From the human T2T-CHM13v2.0 reference genome, Homo sapiens, in NCBI RefSeq assembly GCF_009914755.1, contig NC_060929.1: a stretch of DNA of 64,000 nucleotides. One strand, given 5' to 3'. A program made the translations under genes and the position numbers. How positions within the stretch are numbered: the stretch's first letter is position 1; every line of letters begins with the position of its first letter. Positions 27,457 through 43,500 of this stretch are shown one piece after another. A model generated the notes under the pieces. It had not been told where the DNA came from. It worked only from the letters and a program-made list of their open reading frames with translations, and did not search any database.

Positions 27457-28658
27457 CTATAAATAGAGAAAACAACATTCATCTCTGCAAACATGCTTCA
27501 TCTCACAACCTAATAACTAACTTTAATAGTTTTCAGACTGTGAAGTTCTTATTTGCCAGCTGAGAACAGACAAGGAAAGACTGGACAGGGAGAGCCATTG
27601 TGATGGTTAGTATAAAGACACCAGCAGCTAAATTGCTGCTACTGCCGCTGAAGGAAAATCATAAAACCCAGTCATAACCAGAGCTTCATTTAATGAAAGA
27701 CCTCAGAACTGCAGGGTCATATGCCTCCCCATCCAGTGGTAACTGTACAACGAAGAATGATTCAGGGCGTCTGTTTCTGATCTTTCCAGATATTTGTAAG
27801 TAATGGTAAAAGAAGAACTCATCCTGATTCTAAAAAGTTCCAACATGATCTGTGATTACCTAGGAGAAGCAACCACCAAAAGGAAAAAGCAACTGGTGGG
27901 ATGGCCCTGATGGCAGACTGTACCAATGACCCATCTTTCATGTTACATCTGGTGTTGCATTTCTGCAACAAAACTTGGGCCAGCAAATGCTAGGACTATC
28001 AGTGGCCTTGGCTCATGCTGCCACCCTCTTTACGCCCTTCTCCATTCCTAACTATTGACTCTGCAAATCTTTTCTCCAAGAAGTATGTGAGCAGATATTA
28101 TACCACTATCTTTAACTTCCTAGAATGAAAAATTCAGTCAGCATTCAAGTGTTTGTACTCTCTGTAGTATCAACTATTTCTCCCATTGTAGCAATGAATG
28201 CAGTGAAATCTATTATCACTGCAATTGTTGACACAGAATGATTTTTCTTCATAGTGAGAAAATAAGCTTTCATCAGTCCCTTTAAGAGAACAGAGATCTA
28301 GTAATAGGCCAAAAGAAAGAACAAATAATTAAAAGCCACTGATCCTATGGAATTGTATGTGATTAATCTGTATTAGCATTTGGGGGGCTCAATAATGCTT
28401 TTAGTGTATGATATCATTAATGCTTTCATTCTTCTCGATTCATAAGGGCACCACTACGGTATTCTGGTAGGGCTTCCTGAACCTACAGAATACACTAAGC
28501 TACTTTCCAGCCATTGAGTTGACCAAATGGTTTTTCCTTTGTGCAGGGGGAAAAAAGTGATCTGTCTATAAAGACCTTTTAATCAACTCAGGATGAGACA
28601 AAACATGAAAAGGAAAAAGGGATGAAATCTTGGTCTCAGACCAAATATGGTACTGTTA

Positions 28659-29004
<346 letters not shown>

Positions 29005-29324
29005 TTACAAATCATAGAAACTGCTTCCTTGGTGTCCTGTATGTATTCTGCCTTTCCTACATTTGGTTGGTCTGATTTGCTAGATAATATGTTAACCCCA
29101 TTAAATGATACTGTCAGAGAAAGTGCTAATATTAAAAAGCACTAAGGTGTTATTCCATTCTGACAGAATGATGGTTCAGCTGTGACTATACCCCAGGATC
29201 TATTTCTTACAGTCAACCAAGAGTCTGAAGTATTACATAATATCCAGGTTAGGAAGCTATTCTACTGATCATTATTCTTATTTCAGGAAGGTATGATAGT
29301 GGGCATATCAGCTTCTTCTAGTTA

Positions 29325-29533
29325 CAGCAGGGTTTCCCACCCTTGGCCCTACTGACATTTTCTATACTAATTCTGTGCTGCAGGAGGCTGTCCTGTGCAT
29401 TGTAGCATGATCAGTAGCACCTGTGGCCTCTACCCAACTAGACGCCAGTAGCACCTCCCCAGTGTGACAGCCAAAAATGTCTGTAGACAATGTCCCCTTG
29501 GAAGCAAAACTGCCCCCAGTTGGAAAACCACTG
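29325..29533. mobile_element. MER20 DNA transposon
   Basis: ggctgtcctgtgcattgtag...gccagtagcacc...ccaaaaatgtct...aaccactg. Confidence 0.85.
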
Positions 29534-30034
29534 ATTAAGGGTATGACCTAGGAATTAAGTGGCTATGGTTGGGTGGTGGAAGCCAAGTTATTGTAAAGAT
29601 CCATTATGTGAGTACTAGAATAGTGCTGGAGAGAGTGACAGTACAGCAGAACCTAAATCTTAAAAGAATGGGAAAATGACCGAGGGTGCAGTTGATGACA
29701 ACTACCGGAAGTGGTGAGTGGTATCATGTGAGGGCATGCAATTCAAAGCTGAATGCTTTCAGGGTGGACACGGGGAGAATGAGGAAAGTTATGAGTGGCC
29801 AGGAGGACATACACCCCATGATATCAGGCCTAGTGGTGAGAGATAGTGACTATGAACAATACATTAAAAAAATGATAACATGATAACAGTGGATATGTCT
29901 GAGTGCTGGTATTGCAGGTAATTTTATTTTCTTGTTTATGCTTTTCTATATTTTCTGATCTTTTTAAGCCAGGAGAATTTCTTACCTTAGTTATCGGGGA
30001 AAAAAATAAGAGTGTTTTCATGTTTTTTTTTTAA

Positions 30035-30403
<369 letters not shown>

Positions 30404-31636
30404 TGAGAAATGTTATCTTAATCTGAACGAGATCATCAGACCTTCTAGCCATTAACATTGGTCCTAAAAGATTGAAGAGTTTAGTCTTTATTTTTACATT
30501 CTATAGCACCATAAAAGTCCTATTTTTAACTAAACTAAGTTCTGACGTGGCCAATAGTTTCAAACAGTTTTAAGGCGAGGAAAAGTTCCAAAGCTTAAAA
30601 AATGCTAATTTCCTCTGATTGCTAGACCACCTGTGATTTCACAAATGTCAACACAAGCTGCATGTTAATGAGGAATGTATTATTTTTATGCTTACATCTG
30701 CACACACATTTAATCAATAATTTAGGATGAATTCATGATCTGCAGCTCAGTGTTATCTTGTGGATTTAGAAAGCTGTGGAATTCCAGCAGTCATTTTTCT
30801 TAATTTGAGGCACTTAATTATGCAGATGTTTTACTTAAACTCTCCAAATAAATTCCTAAGGAAAGGAAATAGAACCCTGAGTTGTCCATAGGTACGACAT
30901 ATATAGAAAATAAACATGCAGCCCAGTATTAGTCCAGTATTTTTCAAAAGCATCCCTCCTCCACATACAAATATTCCACTTTAAATTAATCAGAGAAATT
31001 AGTTTGATGACACATCATTCACAAATCACTTTCCCTTATTCCAAAACCCTGAAACAAACATATCATAAATCTACAAAGGATTTAAACTCCATCACTGCAT
31101 ATAATCATTTTAAATATCCCCCAAACTATTCAACTATATTATCTAAAAACATAATATGGGCAATACATTATCCAGTAATATATTTACTATATTTTGTATA
31201 TTATACTAAAAAATATGGCAGTATTTTACTCTTTTTTTGTCCATCTTTATACTGATCACTCCTCTGAAAGGAAATTTAGAGTGGAAAATATGTACATTTA
31301 TAAAACATCTTTATTTAAGGAATTCAAAGCACCTAACAAATATCCCAGTCATTCTTTGTCACATTCCTGACTGGTCAAAATAAATCTAATTAGGAGATGT
31401 CTTACTCTTCTCCCTCCCCCTCCAAATCAAAGAAGCCTTAGGAAGCCACTGAGATGAACAACCTAGCTGCTGAAGATCGCTCAGGAGGCACTTCCGGGTT
31501 GGGGTTGGGGGTTCATGTTATATCTTCACCTAACACACCAGACTTATATGTTTTGTGTGTAACTGAGAACATCGCCCTGACGGCCTCATCTTCCACAGTA
31601 TCAGTACTTTTCAATAAAAATAGTAAGATATTATCA

Positions 31637-31650
31637 CCACCAGAGGGAGC
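31637..31650 (+). promoter_or_regulatory. CTCF-like motif
   Basis: CCACCAGAGGGAGC, one mismatch from CCACCAGAGGGCGC. Confidence 0.5.
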
Positions 31651-32269
31651 CCGAACCTTCTCTTGCACCCAGGTTTGACCCTACCAAAACCATTGTTTAC
31701 GCTTTAATACCTCTTCCAAATATCCCACTGAGTAAAGGTTCACCCATGTAGAAAAGCAGGTTCAACAAAGCTTTTTTCCTAGTGATAAACATCAACTGTA
31801 GCTGAAAAATGTACTAAATAGAACTGTACTTCCCAATGTTTTAACAGAGATCTAATCATATTTCAGCTTAACGCTTTTTAGTAGAAAACAGTTTTGTATT
31901 TTATACTACTCTACTCTTATGTCTCTGGTATTTAATAATGAATTGATTTTCTAGCTATTTGTTGCGGATAAAATACAAAAATGAATAATGGTGTATCATA
32001 ACCTTCTGACCCTTAATGGATACCTAATTTACATATACTGCAGTAGGAATTTAAGAATATGGGAGTAATGGAGAGATCAGTGGTTTACTGTACATCTGAA
32101 ATGCCAAATATACATAAATATTTTTATATAGTACATATATTTTAAAATATTTTCTATATTATGTATATATTATATCTGAAGATATGTGTGTGTGTATATG
32201 TATATATATATGAAGGATAATTTTGATTGCTTTCCTTGAATACTGCCCTAGCCATGTTTCCACTTTTTC

Positions 32270-32388
32270 TAAGGGATGCGGTCTCACTATGTTGCCCAGG
32301 CTGGTCTTGAACTCCTGGCCTCAAGCAATCATCCCTCCTCAGCCTCCCAAGTAGCTGGGACTACACATACAAGCCACCATACCCAGCT
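32270..32388 (-). mobile_element. FLAM/Alu monomer
   Basis: Single antisense arm ggtctcactatgttgcccaggctgg...ccaccatacccagc. Confidence 0.85.
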
Positions 32389-33201
32389 TATATTTCCACT
32401 TTTAAAGAAAGCTGTAGTGGTTCCTAAATCCTCACACAACCAAATTCAAGTCTCTAAGGACTTTTTGTGAGTTGCCTTATCTACTCTCTTCATTTCTCAC
32501 CACCTCCTCATCTCAAGGAAAAACACAAATACCTTGCAGTGTTTCTAGAGAATAACTAAGACCTGGGGGAACTTACTAATAAAGGCTGTGACACAGGCAC
32601 AACCTCACTTAATGCTCAGCAAAATCCTAAGAGCGTGGTACCATCAGTGTTGTAGAGATGGAAGCTCATGGGGATCAGGTAATAAGCTGAAGATCCAGAA
32701 TGCAAACAACAGCACCCAGCAGGTATTTTATTAATTGTCAATCAATCTCAGGCTTTTAACAGTCATAACTCAAATAAAGGACAGAGCTCAGTTTGTGCTA
32801 TATGAAGTAATCCATCATCCTTAAGAGTTACAACATTTGTATTCAGTTGTCCACCTGACATTTCCATTAACTGCCTACTTGGCATCTCAAACCTAACAAA
32901 GAGAAATCTTGATTCTCTCCCCGCCAAAACATTCCTGGCCCATCCCTTCCCATCTCAGTAAAACACGATGCTACCCACTCAGTGCATCTGCTCAGAAACT
33001 CAATGTCATCCATAATACCGCTCACACTACAAATCTGTCAGCTGTACTTCCAAAATGTATATTCATCTACTCTCTTCATTTCACCACCACCATCTTTTCT
33101 GAGCTAAAAGCGTCTCACGTGGACCACTGCAAAGTTTTCTAATTGCTTTCCTGCTTCCTTTCTTCCTCTTTCTCAATCTGCTTTTTACCCACCAGAGCAA
33201 C

Positions 33202-33524
<323 letters not shown>

Positions 33525-33579
33525 TGAACTACTATCCACACAAATATATATATATAATTTTTTTTTCTACTTTAACTGC

Positions 33580-34015
33580 ACTTTGGCCGTATCAGCTGAG
33601 AAATCTGACACAGGTCCTACTGGACTAAAATCAAGGTGTTGGCATGGCTGCATTCCTTTCTGCAGACTCAAGGGAAAATTCATTTTCTTGTGTTTTCCAT
33701 CTTCTGGAGCTGCCCACATTTATTCGTTCAAGGCCTTTTCCTCTATTTTCAAAGCCAGCAACAGCAGGTTGAGTCCGTTTCAAACTGAAACACTCTTCCT
33801 CTTCTGTCACCTCTTCCACTTTTAAGAAACTTATGATTACTTTGGGCCTACTTGGATAATCCAGGATAATATCTCTGGGTGAGGGTCAACTGATTAACAA
33901 CAGCCTTAATTCCACCTGCAATCTTAACTCCTCTCTGCCATCTAGGGTCATATATTCACACATTATGGAGATTAAGCCATGGACATATATCAGGGGTCAT
34001 TATTCTTCCCACCAC
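33580..34015 (-). mobile_element. MLT1-type MaLR LTR
   Basis: aaatcaaggtgttggcatggctgcattcc...ggataatccaggataat...cattattcttcccaccaca. Confidence 0.85.
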
Positions 34016-37000
34016 AGTAACTAAGGTTTTTCCTCCTCTTAATTTCTTTATATAAAAACTCACTGTTTAAGCAAAGATACATTAACATTTTAATACGAGG
34101 CTTCTAACAGGCAAAAATAAAATATATGACAATAGCACAAAGCACAAGTGGAGCTATATTTTTCCAATGTTTCTAAATTTTAAATGTTACAATATTCATC
34201 TTAGGGTGTGATAAGGAACCATACTGATAAGAATCATACTTACAGAGAGAAAGCAATAAATAAAAAAATAATAAAAGTATAGGTAAGATATCAGTAGAGA
34301 AAATAAAATGGAGTATCAAAAAATATTCAGTTCACACAAAATAAAGTAGGAAGGGAGCAACAAACCAACAAAAAACAGGCGTAATAAACCAGAAAAAAGA
34401 ACAAGATGGTAGATTTATATCGCAAAATACAAATAATTATGTTAACTGCTAGCAGGCTAAACACTGAACTTAAAAGACAGGGATTGTCAGGCTAGAATTA
34501 AAAAAAAAAAACAAAAAGACCAACTGTACACTGTTTACAAGAGGTGGACTTTAAATATAAAGACATAACTAGGCTTAAAGTAACAGATTAAAAGGATATA
34601 CCATGCAAACAGTAAACACGAAGAAGGTATGGTAGAATTTATGCGTGTGCATGTGTAGTGGACACAGAGAAAGTATTGCCAGAATAAAGGGTCATCAGTT
34701 CATCAGGAAGGAAAAAACCATACATATGCATACACCTAACACCAGAGCTTCAAAATAACTTGAAGTAAAAACTGACAGAATTAAAGGAAAAAACAGACAA
34801 ATTGACAATCACTGTTGTAGATTTTAACATCCCTCTCTCAATGACTACTTGAAAAGTAGATGAAGAAATAAAAAAAAAGACACAATCTGAACACTATCAG
34901 CTAACTGCATCTATTCGACAACCAGTAACTGAGACTCCTCATTCTTCTTGAGTCTACAGATTATTCATCATTAAAAACCATATGCTAGGCCTTAAAACAA
35001 GTCTCAATAAATTTCAAGGGATTAAAACTGTTCAGACTTTTTTTTTTAACCACAATGGAATTAAATTAGAATAATAATAATATTTGTAGAAAATCCTGAA
35101 ATATTTGGAAATTAAACACACAACTAAAAATGCCAGCATCAAAAAAAGACAATATACATTAAAAATTATTTTGAACTGTATGATAACAAAAACAATGTCA
35201 AAAACATGTGAGATATAGTTAAAGCATGGCTGAAAGGGAAATTTATAAATTTATGCTTATATTGGAAAAGTAGAAAGGTTTAAAATAAATGTTATCCTAA
35301 GAAGATGAAAAAAGAAGAGCAGGTAAAAGACAAAATAAAAAGAATAAAAAGTACAGTCAATGAAACAGACAACAGATAGCAAAGAAAAAGCAACAAAATC
35401 TAAAATTGGTTCTCTGAAAAAAATAAATTAAAAAAAAATGAAGAGAAAACACAAATCACCAACATCAGGAATTAAAGTGGTGATATCACAACAGATTTCA
35501 CAGATGTTAAAAGCACATGAAGAATTATAAGCAAATTTTTGCTGAAAGATTTGACAACTTAGATAAAAATGAAATTATTTTAAAAGTATAAATTATCAAA
35601 ACTTACACATAAGTATAAAATATGAATATCTCAATATCTGTCAAAGAAACTGAATTTGTAATTTAAAACCTTCCACAAAGAACATTCCAGGCAGAGATTG
35701 TTTCACTGGTGAATTCTATATTTAAGGAAGAAAAAAATGCTTTTATATTAACTCATTCAGAAAACAGAGGAAGAAGGAATATTTCTCAAATTATTTTAAA
35801 TGACCAATATAATATTTTTACCAAAAACCTGACATTACAGGAAAATTACAGATCAATTTTTCACAAAAACAAAGAAAAAAATCTTAACAAGGTAATGCCA
35901 AATAGAATCCAGCTACATACAAAAAGGAAAATACATCATGACCACAAGGGGCTTATGCTAGGAATGCAAGGATGTGTCATTCAAAATTGAATCCATTTAA
36001 TTCCTCCACGAACACAATAAACCCATATAACAACTATCTCAACAGATGCAGAAAAAGTTTATAACAAAACTCAAGACCCATTCATGATCAAAACTCTTCA
36101 CTAACTCTTAGCAAACTGGAAATAGAAGGGATCTTCCTAAATTGTGCAGCTAGCATCATATATAATGTGACATATTGAATGCTCTCCCTTTATGAAAAAG
36201 AGCAGCCAAGGATGTCTGCTTTCTTACCACTTGTATTCAACATTGTAACTCAACACTGTACTACATGATCTAGCCAGTGTAAGGGAAGGAACAGAAATAA
36301 AAGACAGAAAGACTAGAAATCAAGGAAAACTGTTCACAAATATGATTGTAACCGTAGAAAATCGTAAGAAACTGCCCCCAACCAAAAGCTTCTAGAGCTA
36401 GTAAGTGAATTTAACAAGGCTTATGGGGTGGCAGGATGTAGCATCAGTATTTTTAAAAATCCTTTGTTCTTCTATATACTAAAAAACAACTGAAAAATAA
36501 ATTTTCTGAAATATAACAAAATAAATTACTCCGTACTGAGAACTATAAAACATTGCTGCAAGAAGATAAAAACAAATGGATGAATAAGATATTTATTTTC
36601 TCAAAATTGATCTATACATTCAACATATTCCTAGTCAAAGGTCTTTGGGGGAAGGCAGTAAAAACTGACAAGTTGATTCAAAAATTTACACAGAAATGCA
36701 AAGGTCCTAATAAAATAGCTAAAACAATCTTGCATAAAGGGGGAGAGGGAAAGCCAAAGTTGGAGAATTTACACTGCTTTATTCAAGTCTTACTATAAAG
36801 CTACAGTAACCGAGACAACATGATGGCTTAGGGATAGACAAATAGATCAATGAAACAAAATTGGCCCACATGTGAGCAGTCAATTCACTTTCAACAAAGG
36901 CCACAAGGCATTTCAATGAAAAGTCTTTTCAAAAATGGTGGTGGAACTGGATAGACTACAGGAAAAACACCTCTCAATCTCTACTCATCCATATACAACA

Positions 37001-37627
37001 ACTAATTCTAAATGGAACACAAACCTAAGTATAAAAGCAAAATCAATAAAGCTGCTAGAAAAAGATATAAGACTATCTTTGTGACCATGAGGTAAGCAAA
37101 TACCCCTTAAGATTAAAAAAAAAAAAAAAAGCCTTAACTAGAAATGAAAAAAACTGATACACTGGTCTTCATCAAAATTAAAAAGTCTGCTCATCAATAA
37201 GCAATGTTAAGAACATGAAAATGCAAACCACAGCCTGGGAGAAAGTATTCATTCATAACGTGCATATCTGAAATTGAACTTTTATCCAGAATACATAAAT
37301 AACCTACAAATGAATAAGAAAAAGGACAAACAATCCAATTAAACTGGACAAAAAATTTGAACACTTTAAAAATGAAGATATATGAATAACCAGTAAGCAC
37401 ACAAAAATGTGGTTATCATCATTAGCCATGAAAGAAATGCTCACTAAAACTACAATGGAATCTCTACTTCATGCCTAGTAGAATGGCGAAAATTAACGCA
37501 GCAACAAACTCAAATACTAACAAGAACTGGGGCAGAACAAGACCCTCTCGTATCTTGTTAGTGGAGTATAAAATGACCCAACCTTTCTGGAAATCATTTT
37601 GGTAATTCCTTATAAAATTAAACATGT

Positions 37628-37928
37628 GGCCGGGCGTGGTGGCTCATGCCTGTAACCCCAGCACTTTGGGAGGCCGAGGCGGGCGGATCACGAGGTCAGG
37701 AGATCGAGACCATCCTGGCTAACACGGTTAAACCCCGTCTCTACTAAATATATAAAAAATTAGCCGGGCGTGGTGGCGGGCGCCTCTTGTCCCAGCTACT
37801 TGGGAGGCTGAGACAGGAGAATGGCGTGGAACCCGGGAGGCGGAGCTTGCAGTGAGCCGAGACTGGCCACTGCACTCCAGCCTGGGCGACAGAGCGAGAC
37901 TCTGTCTCAAAAAAAATAAATAAATAAA
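37628..37928 (+). mobile_element. AluY (youngest element in the window)
   Basis: Diagnostic gagatcgagaccatcctggctaacacgg and gaatggcgtg..cccgggaggcggagcttgcag; CpGs retained. Confidence 0.92.
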
Positions 37929-38248
37929 CACACAAATTCCCTCTAATCCAGCAATTCTACTCCTAGGTATTTGCCCAAGCGAAAGAAAACAAATTCCACA
38001 CACATACTTGTAGAGAATGTCTATAACGCAATGGCAAAAACTGGAAACAATTCAACTGTCCATCAAGAAAAGAATGAATAAAAATATTGCAGTATATACA
38101 AAAATTTAAATGACCACTGATACCATGGATGAAGCTCAAAAACATGTTGAGTGAAAGAAGTAGTATTTTAAAGGAGTATATATTGTGTTATTACATTTAT
38201 ATGAAGTTCGACAAGAGAGAAAAACTCATCATAGATATCAGAACAGTG

Positions 38249-38573
<325 letters not shown>

Positions 38574-39987
38574 CTAGAAGGAGCATGAAGGAACTTTCCG
38601 GTTAATGGAAATATTCTATATCCTGACTGGCAGGATGGATAGGTTATGGATACATTTGTCAAAATTCATTAAACTGTACATATAAGATGAGAGGATCTGG
38701 CTGTATGTAAATTTCACCTCAAATTGCCTCAATTTTAAAGGCTGTTAAATGAACCTCCGACCACTTGACTAAAAAATTATTAAATTCCCAGGCCCACTAC
38801 AAATAATTACTCCATAATATAACTGAATTATAGTAATAACAATTTTAAATTATTCTATTTCCCAATTTTTATTTACAAATGAATGGTTCCATTTATTTAC
38901 TATTGCCTCCAGGAATGTTTTTTGACTTCTTCAAAACTTATATATAGGACTTTTTCTAATTTTATTTTACTTTCCCCTTTTTAAATAAATTAAATGTACT
39001 ACTGGCATTTAATTGAACTCAGAATGCTTTAGAAATAGTTAGAAAAACTGAATGCTGTTTTAAGATTTAATATCAAGTTGCCAAACCTTGTGTATAACAA
39101 GTCCTTCATAGAAAACTATTCCACATGGAAAGGTAAAAATATGGTGGCAAAAGATTTACCCGTGACTACGCTGTATCTAATCTTGGGTTCTGCACCTTTT
39201 GGGTAAAGTCCTTCAGTGAGGTCTGATTCTTTCATATCTAAACTTCCTTTTTTTTTTAATGGAGTTGGGGGAAGGTGCTATCACAACAAAGGAAATCTTC
39301 ATTAACTTCAGCTTTAAATTGACTACCAGTTTAATTAGGTTGCTAAAAAAAAATTACAGAGTAATTAATACATCTGTAAGGGTGTACATGGTGTAGTGAC
39401 TATTTGCAGGTTTTCTATTACAAAAGAAAGTCATCACTCATAATGATGCATTACTGATAAAATACACACATATACACGGGGTTAATTTCTAATTGAAAGG
39501 TAAACATCTAAGACTGAGAAGTGTCCCTTAGTGTCCCACAGTACAAAGAGTCCTGGTGTGAACCCCCCGGTACACTCCAGAGTTCTTTCCTAATCTCTTT
39601 TAACCTGATGTGGCACTCACAGCTGTCCTCTTGTCACCCTCCTGCCTGGCTCCCTCAGAGCTCCCTACCTACCTACCCAGTCTCTACCTCCACTACCCAA
39701 CATCCTTTCATTTCCTTATCATACACGACTGGACTTAATCCCTCCTCCTGTGAGTAATCAACATCAGACATCTAACCACCCACGATCACAAAAGGATCTG
39801 TACTTAGTCTTGGCTCACTTTAAAAAGGTGAGCCATGGTTTGGCAAGTGGAGTGGGAGTGAGGCGTCTAAATCTTGATAATGCACAGATTTAAAACACAC
39901 ACGCACAGAAACTTTACCAGCTCAAAGACAATTAATTTGGGGGACTGGCAATCACACCATTATGGTGTAATTGTGCTCACACATGGC

Positions 39988-40000
39988 GTTGCCTAGCAAC
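39988..40000. promoter_or_regulatory. RFX X-box motif in intron
   Basis: GTTGCCTAGCAAC fits GTTRCY-N-RGYAAC palindrome. Confidence 0.6.
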
Positions 40001-40471
40001 AGGAGGAGCACGCAAATTCCAACACTGAGGTGTAATGAATCACTCACTGACTACTGTTCACAAATTGTATTTTGATGGGAAGATATTCACATCTGGTTCA
40101 GTCTGGAACAAGACTTCAGAGAATTGTGCAGACTCAAACTGAGAAGCAGCAGGTATTTCACCAACAGCCTGGCTCTACAACAAAGAAGACTATTCCTATT
40201 TATTCAGGTGAATGTAAACTTTGGTTAAAAACAACACAAAACAAAAATATGGCTTTGAGGGCCTTGTTTTCATGACATTTTGTTTTGACTGTGCTTCAAC
40301 TTCTATGGCTTCAAACATGGTTAATAAATGTCACAAATATTAGAAGGTAAATATGACAAATAAACAATGAAATAATCCTAGTTGAACTAAAACACTTTAG
40401 AAGACCTGAATATCCACATGCTACTTCAAATTCAGTGTTTTTGAATCAAGGTATAAAAAGAGTCCACATAC

Positions 40472-40591
40472 GAACGAGATCTGTGTCTGGATCGCCTGCT
40501 GTTGGGGTCGGCTTGGTTTTTTTCCTTTTGTCTCCTTAATACAGCTTCCCACTGAGGCGCTGAATCAACCATATCATTCTCCTGCCGTATT
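40472..40591 (-). CDS. EPB41L4A: EPB41L4A coding exon ([39 protein letters not shown])
   Basis: ttcctttcag| ... TTC|gtatgt; 120 nt, phase 2-2. Confidence 0.94.
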
Positions 40592-43500
40592 CTGAAAGGA
40601 AAGCCATGCATCTGAAGTTAACATCTACATGGATGGCGCGTTTTAGGTTCATCCTAAACTTGTTTTTAAATGTTATTTAAGCAGCAGAAATTTTATTATG
40701 ATCATTTATAGCTAAAGATGCATATTAACTGAATTAATATATCCATATGTAGGTAAGCATATATAAACCCTCAGAAGTAAATAATACTCATGATATATGT
40801 AAACACATTATTTGCAGACTTCTGATTTTAATTTTCTAGGAAAAAGACATGTATCAAAAATTTATTTTAAACATTTCTAAGTTTCGACTAAAGAAACTCT
40901 GGTGTCTGCTATAGAGCCAATCTTAACCAATGCTACAAAATCATTATTTTAAATGTGCTAGTCAAAATAGTAATAAATAGTTTTACTTTGAAATACTCTT
41001 AAAAAGTCAAGCTAATTGTCAAAGTTTTCATTAAAAATAGGTGCCAAATATAATCCCCATTTTTTAAGAGAGAAATCTAGAAGTACAAAAAGTTAAATAT
41101 GGTGGCATAATGCATTAGCTGAATAAGACACACCATTCCCATCATGGCTGCTCACATGTTTAAGACGGAATGACAGTTGGATGCTGGATGTGGGCAGGGA
41201 AGGAATGAAAATGAGGAAAAGAGAAAGGTGGGAAAGACTTGGAAGCACAGGCACTTGACATGTAAGATCACAAGACAGTGTTACCAAATCCTCTCATTTT
41301 TTTAAAAAAAGATAATCCCCAAATCTGGATTCTTAAAGTGAACTCTTCTAATTTTTAAGTCTTGCAACCAATTCTAAAGCATGATATAGACTTAACAAAA
41401 CCCATGGACCACACTCAACCTGCAGAAATTTTGGACTTCCGAGGTATCAAGTCTTTCAAATAATGAGGTGCACTATTGGCAGGAGAGAAGAAGTACTTAA
41501 TTTATGTGAAATACTGTCTTGAATGCACCACAATGATGCTGTGAAGCCTTTTTTTTTTTTTTGGCAAAACTGAACCCCTGTTATTTGAATATTTAACTTC
41601 TAATTTATGTAAGCTCTTCAGAAAACTGCTCCAGAGTGTTCATCTCCCAGGGTATAGAGAGCGGCATGGAATTGCCAGGCACTCACCCCAGTACTGCAAC
41701 TGCATGAGCATAACTGCTTCGAGACAAAAGTAAAAAGAACAGGCAGGCTTGGAGGCATTTCCTTCTCTGAACAGATGTCTTTTGGTTCCTCTGTTATTGC
41801 ACTTAGTATAGACTGTGGGCTGGATATCTGGATTTGCTTACAGGTGCAAATCAGTGGATGGGTGACAAATATTCATTTCACATATAACTTAGACATAATG
41901 TAAAGCAAATTCAAGTTGAAAAGAACAGCACTTTGTGAGGAAGAAACTGTTTAAATCTCTCTAGATTAAAGAAGAATTGTGCTAAGTAAAAAACTATCTG
42001 TAACATACTCCAAGCCTTTGAAGTGTATGTATTTCCTCACTAAAGTTTTCATTTTTAATAGGCTATTATTTGAAGATTAACAGGATACTGTCAAGGTATT
42101 TTTCACAGATTTAAGAGCATAATTCTTTCTCTCATTGCATGTACAGAGTAAATTTAAATTGAACATATACTGCTATGGACCTTAATATTAGAAATATCTG
42201 AAGAAAACTATGAGAAGGTATACTACTTGAGGTCATAATTATTAATCATTCTTTGAAACAAACACTCCCATTTGAAAATGGCATGTTGGTACCCGTGTGT
42301 GCTGTAAACACACACACATTTTTGTAGCCAGAACCTACACCTAAAAGCCATTCTGTGTTCATGTGACAGTCAGAAACCCACAAGGCTTGCTGGTAGGGGA
42401 GCAGTCCTGGACACCCCCAGGACTGAGGGGTCAGGGTTAGGAAGAGACAATCACGGGGAAGGTGCTGCGCTGGCAAGGTGGCATCTCCCTTCCTACAGGA
42501 ACCCACACCTGGATTGCTGGGCCCAGGATTGGACACAAAACTCAGGTCTCCTAACTCCTAACCCTGGAGTCTTTTAGGATGCAGCTTTCATTCTGAACAA
42601 AATCACTGTCCAGTTGATGGGCAGAACGAAATTTTACAATGTGAAATGTTTGTGTCAGGAAGTCGGGGCGTCTAAATATTTTTGAGAGGTCAAACCTGCT
42701 AACAAAGCTGAGGCCTAACTTGGGCAAACACATACTTTTCCTAGAGTAACAGACACTGAAAAGGAAGCACAGTTACTGTATGTTCATTCTCATCTATTGT
42801 GGAATTCAGCTGGCTACCCTCATACTCAGACTTCACTCTGATGATAAAAAATTAAAACTCCTGAGACATAAGCATGCGTATTTCCTGTATCCTGCTATAA
42901 TAGTAATAAGGACCAAATCAGAAAGAATTCAAGATTATACATGTACCTTTACCTTTTTTTCTAACTGAAAAGTCTAAAGTGAGGGCAGTGAAACCCTGTC
43001 AGTTAATATCCTTGTGATCCACATGTTTCAAAGACAGATGCCCTCTACTGGCGATGCTGTTTCATAAATATTCTAACAAGATGCATTAAAAATGTAAGAG
43101 CCTTTGGAGAGTCACAACAGAAGCACATTTTCCTGAGTAATGGGTAGTGTGGCGGCCTTGGCCTGTAATGAAGTTTGAAATTACATCCTTACAAAAGACC
43201 TCTAGTTAATGGTGCCTCATTACAAGAATGAAAGTGTCATTTCTTCCACTGCTGAACCGCTCCAAAAAACACAGGTGCTACTTGGAAAGAAAAAAATCCT
43301 AGCCCTAGAAGCAAGAATATTGTAGCACTTTGTCCTTAAGAGGCAGGAGTAACTATTTTGTTTATGCATGAGTGAATAAAGAAATCTTTAAATGAAAAAG
43401 ATATGTTTACTGTGATAATTCTGACTTTTTAAGTCTCATTTATTCTCAGGTATGGGGGATCCAAATAGTTTTTTGCTCCTTTCCTGCTCTATTTTAATCT

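Noticed and set aside
31496-31512. GGGTTGGGGTTGGGGG telomere-like / G4-like run
   Set aside because: Only three G-tracts and not TTAGGG; insufficient for a canonical quadruplex or interstitial telomere
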